Origin: an uncultured Marinospirillum sp.
GTDB lineage: Bacteria; Pseudomonadota; Gammaproteobacteria; Pseudomonadales; Halomonadaceae
Assembly: GCA_947624795.1 (NCBI GenBank)
Contig: CANQLY010000001.1
Span: 1 to 50,805, forward strand
Direction of reading: 5' to 3'
Length of the DNA stretch: 50,805 bases
Part shown: in pieces, positions 7,129 through 19,254 of the stretch
Layout of the letters: each line of letters begins with the position of its first letter
Numbering within the stretch: position 1 is the first letter of the stretch
The notes under the pieces: generated by a model
Told to the model about the DNA's origin: nothing
What the model saw: only the letters and a program-made list of their open reading frames with translations
Databases searched by the model: none
Program-made: the position numbers and the translations under genes

Positions 7129-9111
7129 AATAAAGCGTGCTGGGTTAAGGCAGTTAACCAGTTCTTGTTCAAAAGGCGCTGGCTCGCCCACTAGCTGACT
7201 GGCTAATAATTCAGCACTGATTGGAATACTGGCTAAGCCCCGTGAGCCATGACCAATATTTAGCCATAATCCAGTATGATTCCACTTACTAGGAAACTCA
7301 GAAATAGCCAGGCTTGATTGCGTTGATTGGTAGTTTTTTTGCCAAGCTTCAATGGCCGGTACTTGCCCAACCAGCGGTAAATAATCCGGTGAAGCACAAC
7401 GAAAACTAACCCGTCCATTAAGCGAGCTTGTCGATAGTTCAGCCAATAAAGTAGGTAATACCGCAGTTAATTCCTGCTGGTTTTGTAATTGATCTGTTTG
7501 ACTTAGCTCAAGGCTTGAATCTTCAGCATCAAAGGTTGCTCCAAAGCAAAGGGTGTTATCCGCCGGTGGAAGGGCATAGCCTTTGCCACATACTACCGTG
7601 CGTGGTATTGCTTCTTGATCTAAACACCCTTTTAAAGGTAGATAGCTCACCTGCCCCCTGACGGCGGTAACCGGCAAGGTTTGGCTAGGTGTAAAGTTTT
7701 TAGCCGCTGCCGCACAACAAATAATCACCTGTTGGTAATTTTTAATGCCCTTAGCTGTTTCTAACTGCCAAGCTTTTTCTTCATTGGCTAAATTAGCTTG
7801 AGTTAAACCCGTCACAGCTTGGTTGTTATAAAGGGTTAAGTTGTTAAAGCTGTTGGCAAGATGCAGAGCTAACGCCTTAGGCTTTACCCAGCCAGCCCTT
7901 GGGAAAAACAACCCCCCAGCAGCTGTCGCACTGCCTGCTAACTCACTGGCTTGGGTTTTATTAACGGCTGTTACCAGTGTTTCAGGTAATTGCTGGTTAG
8001 TTAAAAACTTCTGCTGGCGTTTGGCTTCCCGCTCACTAGTGGCTAGTTGCAGTACACCTGAAGGCGACCAAAATTGTTGCTTAGGATCTAAAGCTTCTAG
8101 CCAGCGGCGAGAATATTCTAAGCCTGCCAAATAAAAACGACTGGACGAATTGGCATCCACAGCCAGCTTAATATAAAGCGCCCCTTGTTTATTGCCCGAG
8201 CCACCTGAGGCCGGTGTTTTTGCTTCATAAACATCAACTTTAAAGCCCCGTTTAATAAGTGCTTGTGCTGTAGCCAAACCAGCCAGCCCTGCACCAATAA
8301 TGGCAATGGGTTGTGCTTTGTTAATGGCTGAAGGGGTTAAATGAATCACTTTTTTACAGGCGTTAGGTGGGTTAAAAACACCGCTTAGCATTTCTCGTTT
8401 ACGGCCAAAGCCTTTGACTTTATTAACAGTAAAGCCCACATCTTGTAAACCGCGCTTTACAGCACCTGCAGAAGTAAAGGTAGCAAAGGTCGTGTTAGTA
8501 TGGCTAGCATTACCGAGTGCCATAAACAGTTGTTCTGTCCACATGCTAGGGTTTTTGCTGGGCGCAAACCCATCTAAACACCAAGTATCTACTTTACCCG
8601 TTAGGCCGCTTAAGTTACTGCCCGCATCGCCTAGCAATAAATCCACACTAATGCGTGGGTGAAGGTTAAACCGATGAAAGCCAGAAATAGCCAAGGGGTA
8701 GTTTTCTTGTAGTGATTGGGCAAGCGCTGCCAATTCAGGCCAAAAAGCATGGGCACGTTTTAAATCATCAAGCGTCAGTGGGTAAAGCTCGGTGCTTATC
8801 CAATGCAATCTTGCTGTTGCTGGCGCTGTTTTTAGAAAACTCGCCATAGCCACCAGCAAATTTAAACCGGTGCCAAAGCCCGTTTCAGCCATAACAAAGG
8901 CACGCTCTTGCGACCAAGTTAACCAGCGTTCAGGCAAGTTGTTTTGTTGCAAAAAAACGTAATTACTTTCTGCAATGCCTTGGTCACGTGAAAAATAAAC
9001 ATCATCAAAGTTTTCAGCAAAAGGGGTAACGGCCTGCCAGTCAATGGTGGCAGTCTTTAGCTTGCAAGGCTTACGGTAGTCAGCAGGTTTAGGGCTTATA
9101 GAAGTAGGCAT
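7087..9111 (-). CDS. mnmC: Bifunctional tRNA mnm5s2U34 methyltransferase / FAD-dependent oxidoreductase
   Basis: FDDVYFS, ETGFGTGLN, LDGFAPSKNP, GFGRKREM, IIGAGLAG, GHGSRGL. Confidence 0.96.
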   Translation of the reverse strand: MPTSISPKPADYRKPCKLKTATIDWQAVTPFAENFDDVYFSRDQGIAESNYVFLQQNNLPERWLTWSQERAFVMAETGFGTGLNLLVAMASFLKTAPATARLHWISTELYPLTLDDLKRAHAFWPELAALAQSLQENYPLAISGFHRFNLHPRISVDLLLGDAGSNLSGLTGKVDTWCLDGFAPSKNPSMWTEQLFMALGNASHTNTTFATFTSAGAVKRGLQDVGFTVNKVKGFGRKREMLSGVFNPPNACKKVIHLTPSAINKAQPIAIIGAGLAGLATAQALIKRGFKVDVYEAKTPASGGSGNKQGALYIKLAVDANSSSRFYLAGLEYSRRWLEALDPKQQFWSPSGVLQLATSEREAKRQQKFLTNQQLPETLVTAVNKTQASELAGSATAAGGLFFPRAGWVKPKALALHLANSFNNLTLYNNQAVTGLTQANLANEEKAWQLETAKGIKNYQQVIICCAAAAKNFTPSQTLPVTAVRGQVSYLPLKGCLDQEAIPRTVVCGKGYALPPADNTLCFGATFDAEDSSLELSQTDQLQNQQELTAVLPTLLAELSTSSLNGRVSFRCASPDYLPLVGQVPAIEAWQKNYQSTQSSLAISEFPSKWNHTGLWLNIGHGSRGLASIPISAELLASQLVGEPAPFEQELVNCLNPARFILKNLKNLKNLKNQ

Positions 9112-9246
9112 AAGTAACGGCTTAAAATAGAAGGAACTAAGATTCTAACGCTTTAGGCTGCTAAGTAGTAATCTACTCATTTTTGCCTAGCAATAAGATC
9201 AATCAGTGCAGTGGAATTATTTAATGGCATATAAAGGAAGGTTTGA

Positions 9247-10152
9247 ATGAGTTTGCATTTAAAGGCCGATTTACTGTTAGTTTTCGCCACCCTAATTGCT
9301 GCTACTGGGTGGATTTTTTCCAAAGAAGCACTGGCCGGTTTTAGCCCACTGTTGTTTATGGCATTGCGCTTTGCAGGGGCTGGTTTAGTGCTGGCTTTTT
9401 TCTGTTTAAAACCACTACAAAATTTAAATAAGAAACAGTTGATCGCAGCTTTAAAAGTTGGAGTGCTGTTTGGCTTTGCTATGGTGTTTTGGATACTTGG
9501 CTTAAAATATGCCCAGCACTTAGGGGTGGGTGCTTTTTTAACTAGCTTGGGCATTGTAATGGTACCGCTGCTTAATTTTGTATTGGGTGGTGAAAAACCC
9601 AGCCGTTTTGCTTTTCTTTCGTTGCCTTTTGTTATTTCTGGCTTGGCCATTTTATCGCTTGATAGCGAGTTTGTTTTTGGCTTGGGTGAGTTTTATTTTT
9701 TATTGGCCGCTTTCTTTTTGGCCTTTATGTTTATTTTTAACAGTCGTGCAGCAGCACGTATTCAAGCTCTGCCCTTAACAGCTATACAATTAATAATGAC
9801 AGGTTGTATTACTGGTGTTTTTTCATTTATTTTTGAAGAGTGGAGTTTTCAACATGCACCTGCCATTTGGGGTTGGTTTTTAGCCAGCTTATTTTTAGCT
9901 ACCAGCCTGCGTTTTTTATTACAAACCTATGCCCAAGGTTTAGCGCCACCCAGTCACACAGCGATTATTATGACGTTAGAACCCATTTGGACGGCTATTT
10001 TAGCCAGCATTTGGTTTAGTGAGGTGATGAGTTTTTTACAGCTTTTAGGCTGCACTTTAATTTTTGTTGCTGTGCTGGTTAATCGTGCACCGGCTTTGCG
10101 TTTGTGGCTAAAAACTAAGCGAGCGATCAGTGTAAAAACACCTTGTCCATGA
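9247..10152 (+). CDS. EamA/DMT family transporter
   Basis: About 10 TM helices, two EamA-like halves, IMTLEPIWTA motif. Confidence 0.88.
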   Translation: MSLHLKADLLLVFATLIAATGWIFSKEALAGFSPLLFMALRFAGAGLVLAFFCLKPLQNLNKKQLIAALKVGVLFGFAMVFWILGLKYAQHLGVGAFLTSLGIVMVPLLNFVLGGEKPSRFAFLSLPFVISGLAILSLDSEFVFGLGEFYFLLAAFFLAFMFIFNSRAAARIQALPLTAIQLIMTGCITGVFSFIFEEWSFQHAPAIWGWFLASLFLATSLRFLLQTYAQGLAPPSHTAIIMTLEPIWTAILASIWFSEVMSFLQLLGCTLIFVAVLVNRAPALRLWLKTKRAISVKTPCP

Positions 10153-10230
10153 CCTTTCTAGCGATCTAGGTTAAAATCTTGCACCTAAGCTTACACAACA
10201 CTTGCTCAGCTAACCATTATTAAGGCCGCC

Positions 10231-11262
10231 ATGCAGCGCACCGATTTTCACTTTGATTTACCCGATAACCTAATAGCCCACTACCCAACCGCCCAAAGGC
10301 GCGGTTCACGTTTATTGGTGCTTGAAGGTTATGACCTACAGCACCGGCAATTTCCAGATTTATTAGATTACCTAAAGCAAGGCGATCTGCTGGTTTTTAA
10401 TAACACGCGGGTTATTCCAGCCCGTTTATTTGGGCAAAAAGCCACGGGCGGCAAAATAGAAGTATTAATTGAACGCCCGTTAGATGAGCACCGTGCTTTA
10501 GCGCATATTCGCTCTAGCAAATCACCCAAGGCTGGCGCTAAATTATTTTTAGAAGGCGGCATAGAAGTTGAATGCACCGGCAGAGAAGGGGCGCTGTTTT
10601 GCTTAACTTTTCTTAACCCTGAGCCTTTATTAGAGCTGTTAGAAAAACACGGCCATTTGCCTTTACCGCCTTATATAGACCGAGCCGATGAGCTGGATGA
10701 CCGAGAGCGTTACCAAACCGTTTATGCTCAGCATTTAGGTGCAGTAGCAGCCCCCACGGCTGGCCTGCATTTTGATGATGAACTGCTAGCGCAAATTCGT
10801 GCCAAGGGCGTCGATACAGCTTTTGTAACCTTGCACGTTGGCGCAGGCACTTTTCAGCCCGTAAAAGTAGACAAGCTAGAAGAGCATGTCATGCACAAAG
10901 AGTGGCTTGAGGTAACGGAAGAAGTCGCCGCCCAAGTGAATGCTACTAAGGCGGTGGGTGGTCGGGTAATCGCGGTGGGTACAACAAGTGTGCGCTGTTT
11001 AGAAACGGCAACTCGCTGCGGTACTACCCAAGCCTTTAAGGGTGACACCGATATTTTTATCTACCCTGGTTATCAGTGGCGTTGTGTCGATAAGTTATTA
11101 ACCAATTTTCACCTGCCAGAATCCACCTTATTAATGCTAGTCAGCAGCTTTGCTGGCTATGAGCCAATTAAAAAAGCCTACCAAACAGCGGTAGCCGAAC
11201 ATTACCGATTTTTTAGTTACGGCGATGCCATGCTCTTGTCGTTAAATACTGCCGCCGAATAA
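10231..11262 (+). CDS. queA: S-adenosylmethionine:tRNA ribosyltransferase-isomerase
   Basis: [44 protein letters not shown]. Confidence 0.98.
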   Translation: MQRTDFHFDLPDNLIAHYPTAQRRGSRLLVLEGYDLQHRQFPDLLDYLKQGDLLVFNNTRVIPARLFGQKATGGKIEVLIERPLDEHRALAHIRSSKSPKAGAKLFLEGGIEVECTGREGALFCLTFLNPEPLLELLEKHGHLPLPPYIDRADELDDRERYQTVYAQHLGAVAAPTAGLHFDDELLAQIRAKGVDTAFVTLHVGAGTFQPVKVDKLEEHVMHKEWLEVTEEVAAQVNATKAVGGRVIAVGTTSVRCLETATRCGTTQAFKGDTDIFIYPGYQWRCVDKLLTNFHLPESTLLMLVSSFAGYEPIKKAYQTAVAEHYRFFSYGDAMLLSLNTAAE

Positions 11263-12417
<1,155 letters not shown>

Positions 12418-12471
12418 TGGCCACAAATTAAAAAACTGAAAATATAATACCCACAACCTTAGGAGTTTTTT

Positions 12472-12801
12472 ATGGACTTTTTTATCTCTGCTGCACACGC
12501 CGACGCAGGTGGTGCTAGCCCCATTTCTAGCATTGTTATGCTGGTTGGTTTTGTCGCTATTTTCTATTTTATGTTAATTCGTCCTCAGCAAAAACGTGCT
12601 AAAGAACACAAGAACCTGTTATCTGATATTGGCAAGGGTGATGAGATTTCTTTGGCAGGCGGTATGCTTGGCCGTGTAACTAAAGTAACTGATGAGTTTA
12701 TAGTGCTTGAAATTGCAAACAACGTTTCAATTAAAGTACAAAAAGCGGCGGTAACTGCTGTGTTGCCTAAAGGCACTTTAAAAGCAGTGGACGCTGAATA
12801 A
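12472..12801 (+). CDS. yajC: Preprotein translocase subunit YajC
   Basis: FYFMLIRPQQKRAKEH motif and synteny. Confidence 0.97.
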   Translation: MDFFISAAHADAGGASPISSIVMLVGFVAIFYFMLIRPQQKRAKEHKNLLSDIGKGDEISLAGGMLGRVTKVTDEFIVLEIANNVSIKVQKAAVTAVLPKGTLKAVDAE

Positions 12802-12837
12802 CCCCTACCCTCCTTTTACGACCAAATTAAGGCTGCC

Positions 12838-14679
12838 ATGCTGAACCGTTATCCACTCTGGAAAAACCTGCTTATATTGCTGGTGATCATCATCGGGGCT
12901 GTTTATGCCCTGCCTAACCTTTACCCAGAAAACCCTGCTGTACAAATTTCTGGTACCCGAGGTTCAATCGAAATCACCGATTCTGATTTAAACCGTGCTG
13001 AACAAGCGCTAAAACAAGCTGGAATTAATGTAGTGCAGGCCAGTTTGGAAAACAATACGGGGTTGATTCGGTTGTTAGCCGACGATCAACAGCTGGCAGC
13101 CCGTGAAGTAATTCAAGCATCGTTTGGAGAAAAATACGTTGTGGCGCTGGCACAAGCGGCAACTACACCGGAATGGTTGGTCAACCTAGGTGCGCGTGGC
13201 GTTAACCTAGGTTTAGACTTGCGTGGTGGTGTGCACTTTTTAATGGAAGTGGACATGGATGCTGCGGTAAAGCAGCAATTAGAAGTGACGGCTAGCGAAG
13301 TGCGTGCCACCTTGCGTACTGAAAGGCTACGCTTTCGCAAAGTCAGTGTTGAAAATAAAAAAGTGGTGGTTTTGCTAGGCAGTGCTGATGACGTGGCCAA
13401 AGCTCGCCGCTTATTGCAAATTGATCGTAAAGACTACATTTTTCAAGACGATGCAGGGGTGTTATCACTTTATTTAAACGAACAGGCGATTAGAGATTTA
13501 GAAGATTATGCAGTGGATCAAAACTTAATTACCCTGCGTAACCGTGTGAATGAGCTTGGTGTAGCCGAACCTTTAGTGCAACGCTCTGGGCGTAACCGCA
13601 TAGTAGTTGAATTACCCGGTGTGCAAGACACGGCTGCCGCCAAGCGTATTTTGGGTGCAACGGCTAATTTGGAATTTCGTTTAGAAGCCCGCCGCAATGC
13701 CGAAGTCTTTGATACTGAAACTTTTGAGTTTCGTGACCAGCCTAACCGCACTGCCGTACTAGAAAGAGACATTATTACCACGGGTAATCACGTGGCTAAT
13801 GCCAGCGTAGGCTTTGATGAAAACAACAAGCCACAGGTCAATATTCGCCTGAACGGTCAGGGCGGACGGTTAATGTCGCAAGCCACCCAAAGCAATGTGG
13901 GGCGTAGCATGGCGGTGTTGTTTATTGAACATAAAACCCGCAACCGTTTAGTTGAAAAAGACGGCGAGCGTGTTGAAGTGCGAGAGCCTTACACCGAACA
14001 AGGCATTATTTCTTTAGCCACCATTCAAAGTCAGCTAGGTGCAAGTTTTCGCATTACTGGCTCTGGTAGTGTGCAAGAAGCTTCCGAGCTTTCTTTATTA
14101 CTGCGTGCCGGTGCTTTAGCCGCGCCTATTTATTTTGTTGAAGAACGCACCATTGGCCCAAGCCTTGGGCAGAAGAACATTGAACAGGGTGTCACTTCCA
14201 TTCAAATTGGTTTGGCTTTAGTGGTTATTTTTATGCTGGCTTGGTACCGAGTGTTTGGTATTTTTGCTTGCGTGGCCTTAACAGCCAATTTGGTGTTACT
14301 GGTGGCCTTGCTATCTGTTTTAGGTGCAACACTTACCCTGCCAGGCATTGCCGGTATCGTGTTAACGCTGGGTATGGCAGTGGATGCTAACGTGCTGATT
14401 AATGCGCGTATAAAAGAAGAAATTTATCACGGCGGACTGTCGCCACAAAATGCCATTCATGCCGGTTACGAACGTGCCTTTGCTACCATTTTAGATGCCA
14501 ACATTACCACCTTTTTGGTGGCCATTATTCTGTTTTCTATTGGTACTGGGCCGATTAAAGGCTTTGCTGTCACCCTTTCTTTAGGGCTAATAACTTCCAT
14601 GTTTACTTCCATATTAGTTACCCGAATGCTGGTTAACTGGGTGTATGGCGGTCGTCGAATTGAACGCATTTCGTTATAG
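12838..14679 (+). CDS. secD: Protein translocase subunit SecD
   Basis: LGLDLRGGVHF, LRNRVNELGVAEP, GMAVDANVLI. Confidence 0.98.
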   Translation: MLNRYPLWKNLLILLVIIIGAVYALPNLYPENPAVQISGTRGSIEITDSDLNRAEQALKQAGINVVQASLENNTGLIRLLADDQQLAAREVIQASFGEKYVVALAQAATTPEWLVNLGARGVNLGLDLRGGVHFLMEVDMDAAVKQQLEVTASEVRATLRTERLRFRKVSVENKKVVVLLGSADDVAKARRLLQIDRKDYIFQDDAGVLSLYLNEQAIRDLEDYAVDQNLITLRNRVNELGVAEPLVQRSGRNRIVVELPGVQDTAAAKRILGATANLEFRLEARRNAEVFDTETFEFRDQPNRTAVLERDIITTGNHVANASVGFDENNKPQVNIRLNGQGGRLMSQATQSNVGRSMAVLFIEHKTRNRLVEKDGERVEVREPYTEQGIISLATIQSQLGASFRITGSGSVQEASELSLLLRAGALAAPIYFVEERTIGPSLGQKNIEQGVTSIQIGLALVVIFMLAWYRVFGIFACVALTANLVLLVALLSVLGATLTLPGIAGIVLTLGMAVDANVLINARIKEEIYHGGLSPQNAIHAGYERAFATILDANITTFLVAIILFSIGTGPIKGFAVTLSLGLITSMFTSILVTRMLVNWVYGGRRIERISL

Positions 14680-14693
14680 GTTAGGAGCCGAAT

Positions 14694-15638
14694 ATGACTA
14701 GTAAAATCAGTTCCAAACTATTAAATATCAATATTAACTTTATAGGTCTGCGCTTTGTTGCCTTTGGTTTATCGGCTATTTTGCTGCTGGCTTCCATCGG
14801 CTCTTTAGCCACCCAAGGGTTACGCCTTGGCCTAGACTTTACCGGTGGTACCTTGGTCGAGCTGCATTACACCAGCTCACCTAACTTAGAAGAAGTTAGG
14901 TCGCACTTAGATACGGCAGGTTATGAGCAGTTTGTAGTGCAAAATTTTGGTAGTTCCCACGATGTGCTGATTCGCCTTAACCAAGGTTTTTCGCCCGAAG
15001 TGGGTGAGCAGGTACGCAGCCTTTTAGATGCTAAAGATGCACAAAAAGTAGATTTAACCCGTGCTGAATTTGTCGGTGCTCAGGTGGGTGATGAACTGCG
15101 TGACCAAGGCGGTTTAGGCATGCTAGTCGCCATGTTGGGTATTATGATTTACGTGGCTTTTCGCTTCCAATATAAGTTTGCTCTGGGTTCAGTTGTAGCT
15201 TTGGTTCACGACGTTATTATTCTGCTAGGTTTCTTTTCAGTCTTCCGTATCGACTTTGATTTAACCGTGCTAGCTGCGCTCTTGGCTGTGGTAGGTTATT
15301 CCATCAACGACACCATTGTTGTTTATGACCGTATTCGTGAGAACTTTCGTAAAGTGCGTGAAGGCACAGTGGATGAGCTAATTAACCTTTCCATTAACCA
15401 AACGCTAATACGCACCACCATTACGTCATTAACGACCTTGCTGGTTGTTGTTGCGCTTTTCTTGCTGGGCGGAGAAATGATTCATAACTTCGCGCTAGCT
15501 TTAATGGTGGGCATTATTGTGGGTACTTATTCCTCTATTTATATTGCCGGCACACTGTTGCTAAGCATGAAAGTAACCCGAGACGATTTGGCGATTCCAG
15601 TTAAAGAAGGTGTATTAGAAGAAGACGGACGGCCTTAA
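14694..15638 (+). CDS. secF: Protein translocase subunit SecF
   Basis: LGLDFTGG, GYSINDTIVVYDRIREN, GTYSSIYIA. Confidence 0.98.
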   Translation: MTSKISSKLLNININFIGLRFVAFGLSAILLLASIGSLATQGLRLGLDFTGGTLVELHYTSSPNLEEVRSHLDTAGYEQFVVQNFGSSHDVLIRLNQGFSPEVGEQVRSLLDAKDAQKVDLTRAEFVGAQVGDELRDQGGLGMLVAMLGIMIYVAFRFQYKFALGSVVALVHDVIILLGFFSVFRIDFDLTVLAALLAVVGYSINDTIVVYDRIRENFRKVREGTVDELINLSINQTLIRTTITSLTTLLVVVALFLLGGEMIHNFALALMVGIIVGTYSSIYIAGTLLLSMKVTRDDLAIPVKEGVLEEDGRP

Positions 15639-15718
15639 TCAGCCAAGCTGCTGGAAGGTTGTACAGAAGGTTTTAATTAAAAAACTCAGGTTAACAATCT
15701 TACAGGGGAATCTAACCT

Positions 15719-16693
15719 ATGCTTAATTTACCTAAAAAAGCACTTGCAGTTTTAGCAGCCTTTACACTAGCAGCCACGAGCAGCTTAGCCATGGCTGCTG
15801 AAACTAAATCGGTTGCCATTACCGCCATTGTTGAACACCCAGCCTTAGATGCAGTAAGGGATGGTGTGTTAGATGCGCTGAATGAAGCCGGTTATATTCA
15901 AGGCAAAAACCTTAAGTGGCAATACCAAAGCGCACAGGGTAATACTGGTACTGCTGCACAAATAGCCCGCAAGTTTATTGGTGATAAGCCCGATGTTTTA
16001 GTCGCCATTGCTACCCCTTCGGCTCAGTCTGCTGTTGCAGGCACTAAGCGTGTACCGATAGTTTTCTCGGCAGTAACCGACCCAGTCGAAGCCCAGCTCG
16101 TTCCTTCTTGGGAAGCCAGCGGCACTAACGTAACGGGTGTATCTGACCTGCTTGAGTTAGACAAGCAAATCGAGCTAATTAAGAAAATTGTTCCCCATGC
16201 TAAAAAAATTGGCATGGTTTACAACCCAGGCGAAGCTAATTCGGTGGTAGTTGTGGAAGCCTTTAAAAAACTGCTACCTAAATACGGTATGGAACTAGTC
16301 GAAGCTGCTGCACCTCGTACGGTGGATGTGGGTTCTGCTGCACGTAGCTTGGTTGGTAAAGTGGATGTTATTTATACCAACACTGACAACAACGTGGTTT
16401 CTGCTTACGAAGCCTTGGTTAAAGTCGGCAATGATAGAAAAATACCTTTAATCGCTTCAGACACTGACAGTGTTAAGCGCGGTGCTATTGCTGCCTTGGG
16501 TGTGAACTACCGTGACCTAGGCCGCCAGACTGGCCGCCTTGTAGTCAGGATTTTAGAAGGCGAAGCGCCCGGCGAAATTAAGCCAGAAACGAGCGATAAC
16601 CTACAGTTGTTTTTAAATGAAACCGCTGCTAAAAAACAAGGCGTTACCCTTTCTGAAGAACTGCTAAAAACTGCTAGCGAAATTATCCGTTAA
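15719..16693 (+). CDS. ABC transporter substrate-binding protein (ABC_sub_bind, putative aromatic amino acid)
   Basis: Signal peptide; IVEHPALD, AVTDPV, NVTGVSD. Confidence 0.88.
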   Translation: MLNLPKKALAVLAAFTLAATSSLAMAAETKSVAITAIVEHPALDAVRDGVLDALNEAGYIQGKNLKWQYQSAQGNTGTAAQIARKFIGDKPDVLVAIATPSAQSAVAGTKRVPIVFSAVTDPVEAQLVPSWEASGTNVTGVSDLLELDKQIELIKKIVPHAKKIGMVYNPGEANSVVVVEAFKKLLPKYGMELVEAAAPRTVDVGSAARSLVGKVDVIYTNTDNNVVSAYEALVKVGNDRKIPLIASDTDSVKRGAIAALGVNYRDLGRQTGRLVVRILEGEAPGEIKPETSDNLQLFLNETAAKKQGVTLSEELLKTASEIIR

Positions 16694-16701
16694 TCTAACT
16701 T

Positions 16702-16743
16702 GACCGATCCTGCTTAATTTAAGTTTTTTAAGCTGGATTGGTC
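16702..16743 (+). other. Intergenic stem-loop after the binding-protein gene (likely mRNA-stabilising)
   Basis: GACCGATCC.GCTTAA ... TTAAGC.GGATTGGTC with no following U-tract. Confidence 0.5.
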
Positions 16744-16770
16744 GTTAACCACCCTCCTTTGGTTTAGCCC

Positions 16771-17661
16771 ATGTCCTTGTTTTCTTTGTTTGGTGCGCTT
16801 GAAATTGGCCTTATTTTTGCCCTAGTTGCACTGGGCGTATTTATTTCTTTTCGCTTATTAAAATTCCCCGATTTAACCGTTGATGGCAGCTTCCCTTTAG
16901 GCGGCGCTGTGGGTGCGGTACTGATTGCCAGCGGTATGGATCCTTTTCTAGCCACCTTTTTAGCCATGCTTGCCGGTGCTTTAGCCGGTGTGTGTACTGC
17001 CTTATTAAATGTACATCTAAAAATTATGGATCTGCTGGCCAGTATCCTAATGATGATTGCGCTCTATTCAATCAACTTAAGAATTATGGGCCGTCCTAAT
17101 GTGCCCTTAATTATGGAACCCACAATTTTCAGTCTGTTAGAAGCAGATTGGGTTGTTGATTATGTGATGCGCCCCCTTATTTTATTAGTAGTGATCATCA
17201 TCGCTAAACTGCTGTTAGATGCCTACTTTGCTACTCAGCAAGGGCTTTCTATTCGTGCGACTGGCTCTAACCCACGCATGGCCCGCGCTCAGGGCGTTAA
17301 TATTGGCGGTATGATTATTCTAGGCATGGCAATTTCAAACGGTTTAGTTGGATTAGCAGGCGCACTTTTTGCACAAACCCAAGGCGGTGCCGATATTTCC
17401 ATGGGAATTGGCACCATTGTTATAGGCTTAGCGGCGGTAATTGTGGGCGAAAGCATTCTGCCTGCCCGTAAAATGTACCTGCTGACCCTTGCCGTTATTA
17501 TTGGCGCTGTGGTTTACCGCTTCTTTATTGCGCTGGCTTTAAACAGCGACTTTATTGGCCTAAAGGCACAAGACTTAAACCTAGTCACCGCTTTACTGGT
17601 TGTATTTGCGCTGGTTATTCCTTTAATTAAAAAACGCTTTACACGCCGTAAGAGGCTCTAA
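16771..17661 (+). CDS. ABC transporter permease
   Basis: FPDLTVDGSFPLG, LYSINLRIMG, GLAAVIVGE; multiple TMs. Confidence 0.9.
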   Translation: MSLFSLFGALEIGLIFALVALGVFISFRLLKFPDLTVDGSFPLGGAVGAVLIASGMDPFLATFLAMLAGALAGVCTALLNVHLKIMDLLASILMMIALYSINLRIMGRPNVPLIMEPTIFSLLEADWVVDYVMRPLILLVVIIIAKLLLDAYFATQQGLSIRATGSNPRMARAQGVNIGGMIILGMAISNGLVGLAGALFAQTQGGADISMGIGTIVIGLAAVIVGESILPARKMYLLTLAVIIGAVVYRFFIALALNSDFIGLKAQDLNLVTALLVVFALVIPLIKKRFTRRKRL

Positions 17662-17663
17662 TT

Positions 17664-18458
17664 ATGCTTAAGGCAACCGATCTTAATATTACCTTTAATG
17701 CGGGTACGCCAATAGAAACCCGTGCTCTACAAGGCATGTCTGTCACCATTCCTTCGGGGCAGTTTGTTACCGTTATAGGCACTAACGGCGCAGGTAAATC
17801 AACCCTTCTTAATGCTGTTTCAGGTGATTTAGAAATTGATAGCGGCAGTATTTTAATTGATGAAACTGAAGTCGCTAATCAGCCAGTTTGGAAAAGAGCA
17901 GGCCTAGTGGCTCGCGTTTTCCAAGACCCGATGGCGGGCACTTGTGAAGATTTAACCATTGAAGAAAACATGGCCTTAGCTCAACAAAGGGGTAATCGCC
18001 GCGGTTTAAGCTGGGCGGTAAAAACCTCGCAAAGGGACTATTACCGTGAACAACTGGCCCGTTTAAACTTAGGCTTAGAAAACCGCCTAACCGATCGCAT
18101 TGGCTTACTTTCGGGTGGTCAACGTCAAGCCGTTAGCCTGCTAATGGCTGCACTGCAACCTTCACGTATTTTATTACTTGATGAACATACCGCAGCCCTA
18201 GATCCACGCACCGCAGATTTTGTACTAGACCTTACTAATCGCCTAGTAACTGAAAAAAACCTCACCACCATGATGGTCACCCACAGCATGCGCCAAGCCC
18301 TAGATATAGGTGATCGCACCCTAATGCTGCACCAAGGCAAGGTGGTTTTAGATGTAGCCGGAGAAGAACGCAAAGGCATGCAAATAACCGATTTACTAGC
18401 CATGTTTGAGCAGGTAAGAGGCGAACAAGTAACCGATGATGCCTTATTGTTGAGTTAA
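17664..18458 (+). CDS. ABC transporter ATP-binding protein
   Basis: GTNGAGKST, LSGGQRQ, LLLDEH, VTH. Confidence 0.93.
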   Translation: MLKATDLNITFNAGTPIETRALQGMSVTIPSGQFVTVIGTNGAGKSTLLNAVSGDLEIDSGSILIDETEVANQPVWKRAGLVARVFQDPMAGTCEDLTIEENMALAQQRGNRRGLSWAVKTSQRDYYREQLARLNLGLENRLTDRIGLLSGGQRQAVSLLMAALQPSRILLLDEHTAALDPRTADFVLDLTNRLVTEKNLTTMMVTHSMRQALDIGDRTLMLHQGKVVLDVAGEERKGMQITDLLAMFEQVRGEQVTDDALLLS

Positions 18459-18528
18459 GGGTTGGTCGAATGATTAAGCATAAGCAGCAAAATTACCACT
18501 AGATATTAATCTAAGGATAGAAAATTAA

Positions 18529-19251
18529 ATGCAAAATATAGACAAGAAAAAAGTTTTGAATGATGCAAAAATCTGGTTTAAAGAAAGCTTTGCTGAGTCA
18601 CACATTAAAAATACTCTTAAGCTGATTAACCCTAATGAGTTTAATATTAATCACTTTACTACCACCTATCTAGCTAACTTTCTTACAGGTGATTCATCGC
18701 CAGAAAGCATTGCAAGGGCTTTGTTATACCCTCGTGTTTTAGGTACTTCGGTAGCAACAATCTTTGGCGCAGGAATTCAAAAATTTACTAATGAAGTTCT
18801 TGGAACCTTAGGCAGTACAACGAATGGTATTGATATTGAATTTATTGATCAGCTTGATAATCACAAAAAATATTGCCAGCTTAAGTCAGGCCCAAACACG
18901 ATAAACAACGATGATGTAAGTACTGTGGCAGGCCACTTTAAAGACATCATTAACTTATCCAGAACTAATAACTTAAGAATTGCTCATGATGACCTTATTG
19001 TGGGTGTTATCTATGGAGCACCCCAAGACCTTAGTAACTTTTATAAAAAAATTACTAATGACCACCATTACCCTGTGTATGTTGGTCAAGAATTTTGGCA
19101 TAGGCTAACAGGTGATCCAGAGTTTTATGATGATTTACTAGGAGCGATAGGATCAGTGGCTGTTGATGCTGATTTTAGTAAAGAGTTTGAAGAAGTAGTA
19201 AAGCAATTAGCTGCCACTCAAGAAATACAGTCTTTAAGCAACCGTAATTAA
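18529..19251 (+). CDS. Putative type II restriction endonuclease (PmeII-like, PD-(D/E)xK)
   Basis: GIDIEF...CQLKSGPNTIN catalytic-like motif, VGQEFWHRLTG, adjacent to a C5 methylase, AT-rich. Confidence 0.78.
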   Translation: MQNIDKKKVLNDAKIWFKESFAESHIKNTLKLINPNEFNINHFTTTYLANFLTGDSSPESIARALLYPRVLGTSVATIFGAGIQKFTNEVLGTLGSTTNGIDIEFIDQLDNHKKYCQLKSGPNTINNDDVSTVAGHFKDIINLSRTNNLRIAHDDLIVGVIYGAPQDLSNFYKKITNDHHYPVYVGQEFWHRLTGDPEFYDDLLGAIGSVAVDADFSKEFEEVVKQLAATQEIQSLSNRN

Positions 19252-19254
19252 GGT

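Noticed and set aside
9177-9650. 157-aa minus-strand ORF
   Set aside because: Antisense to the EamA transporter; its Lys/Pro-rich composition mirrors the hydrophobic codons on the other strand.
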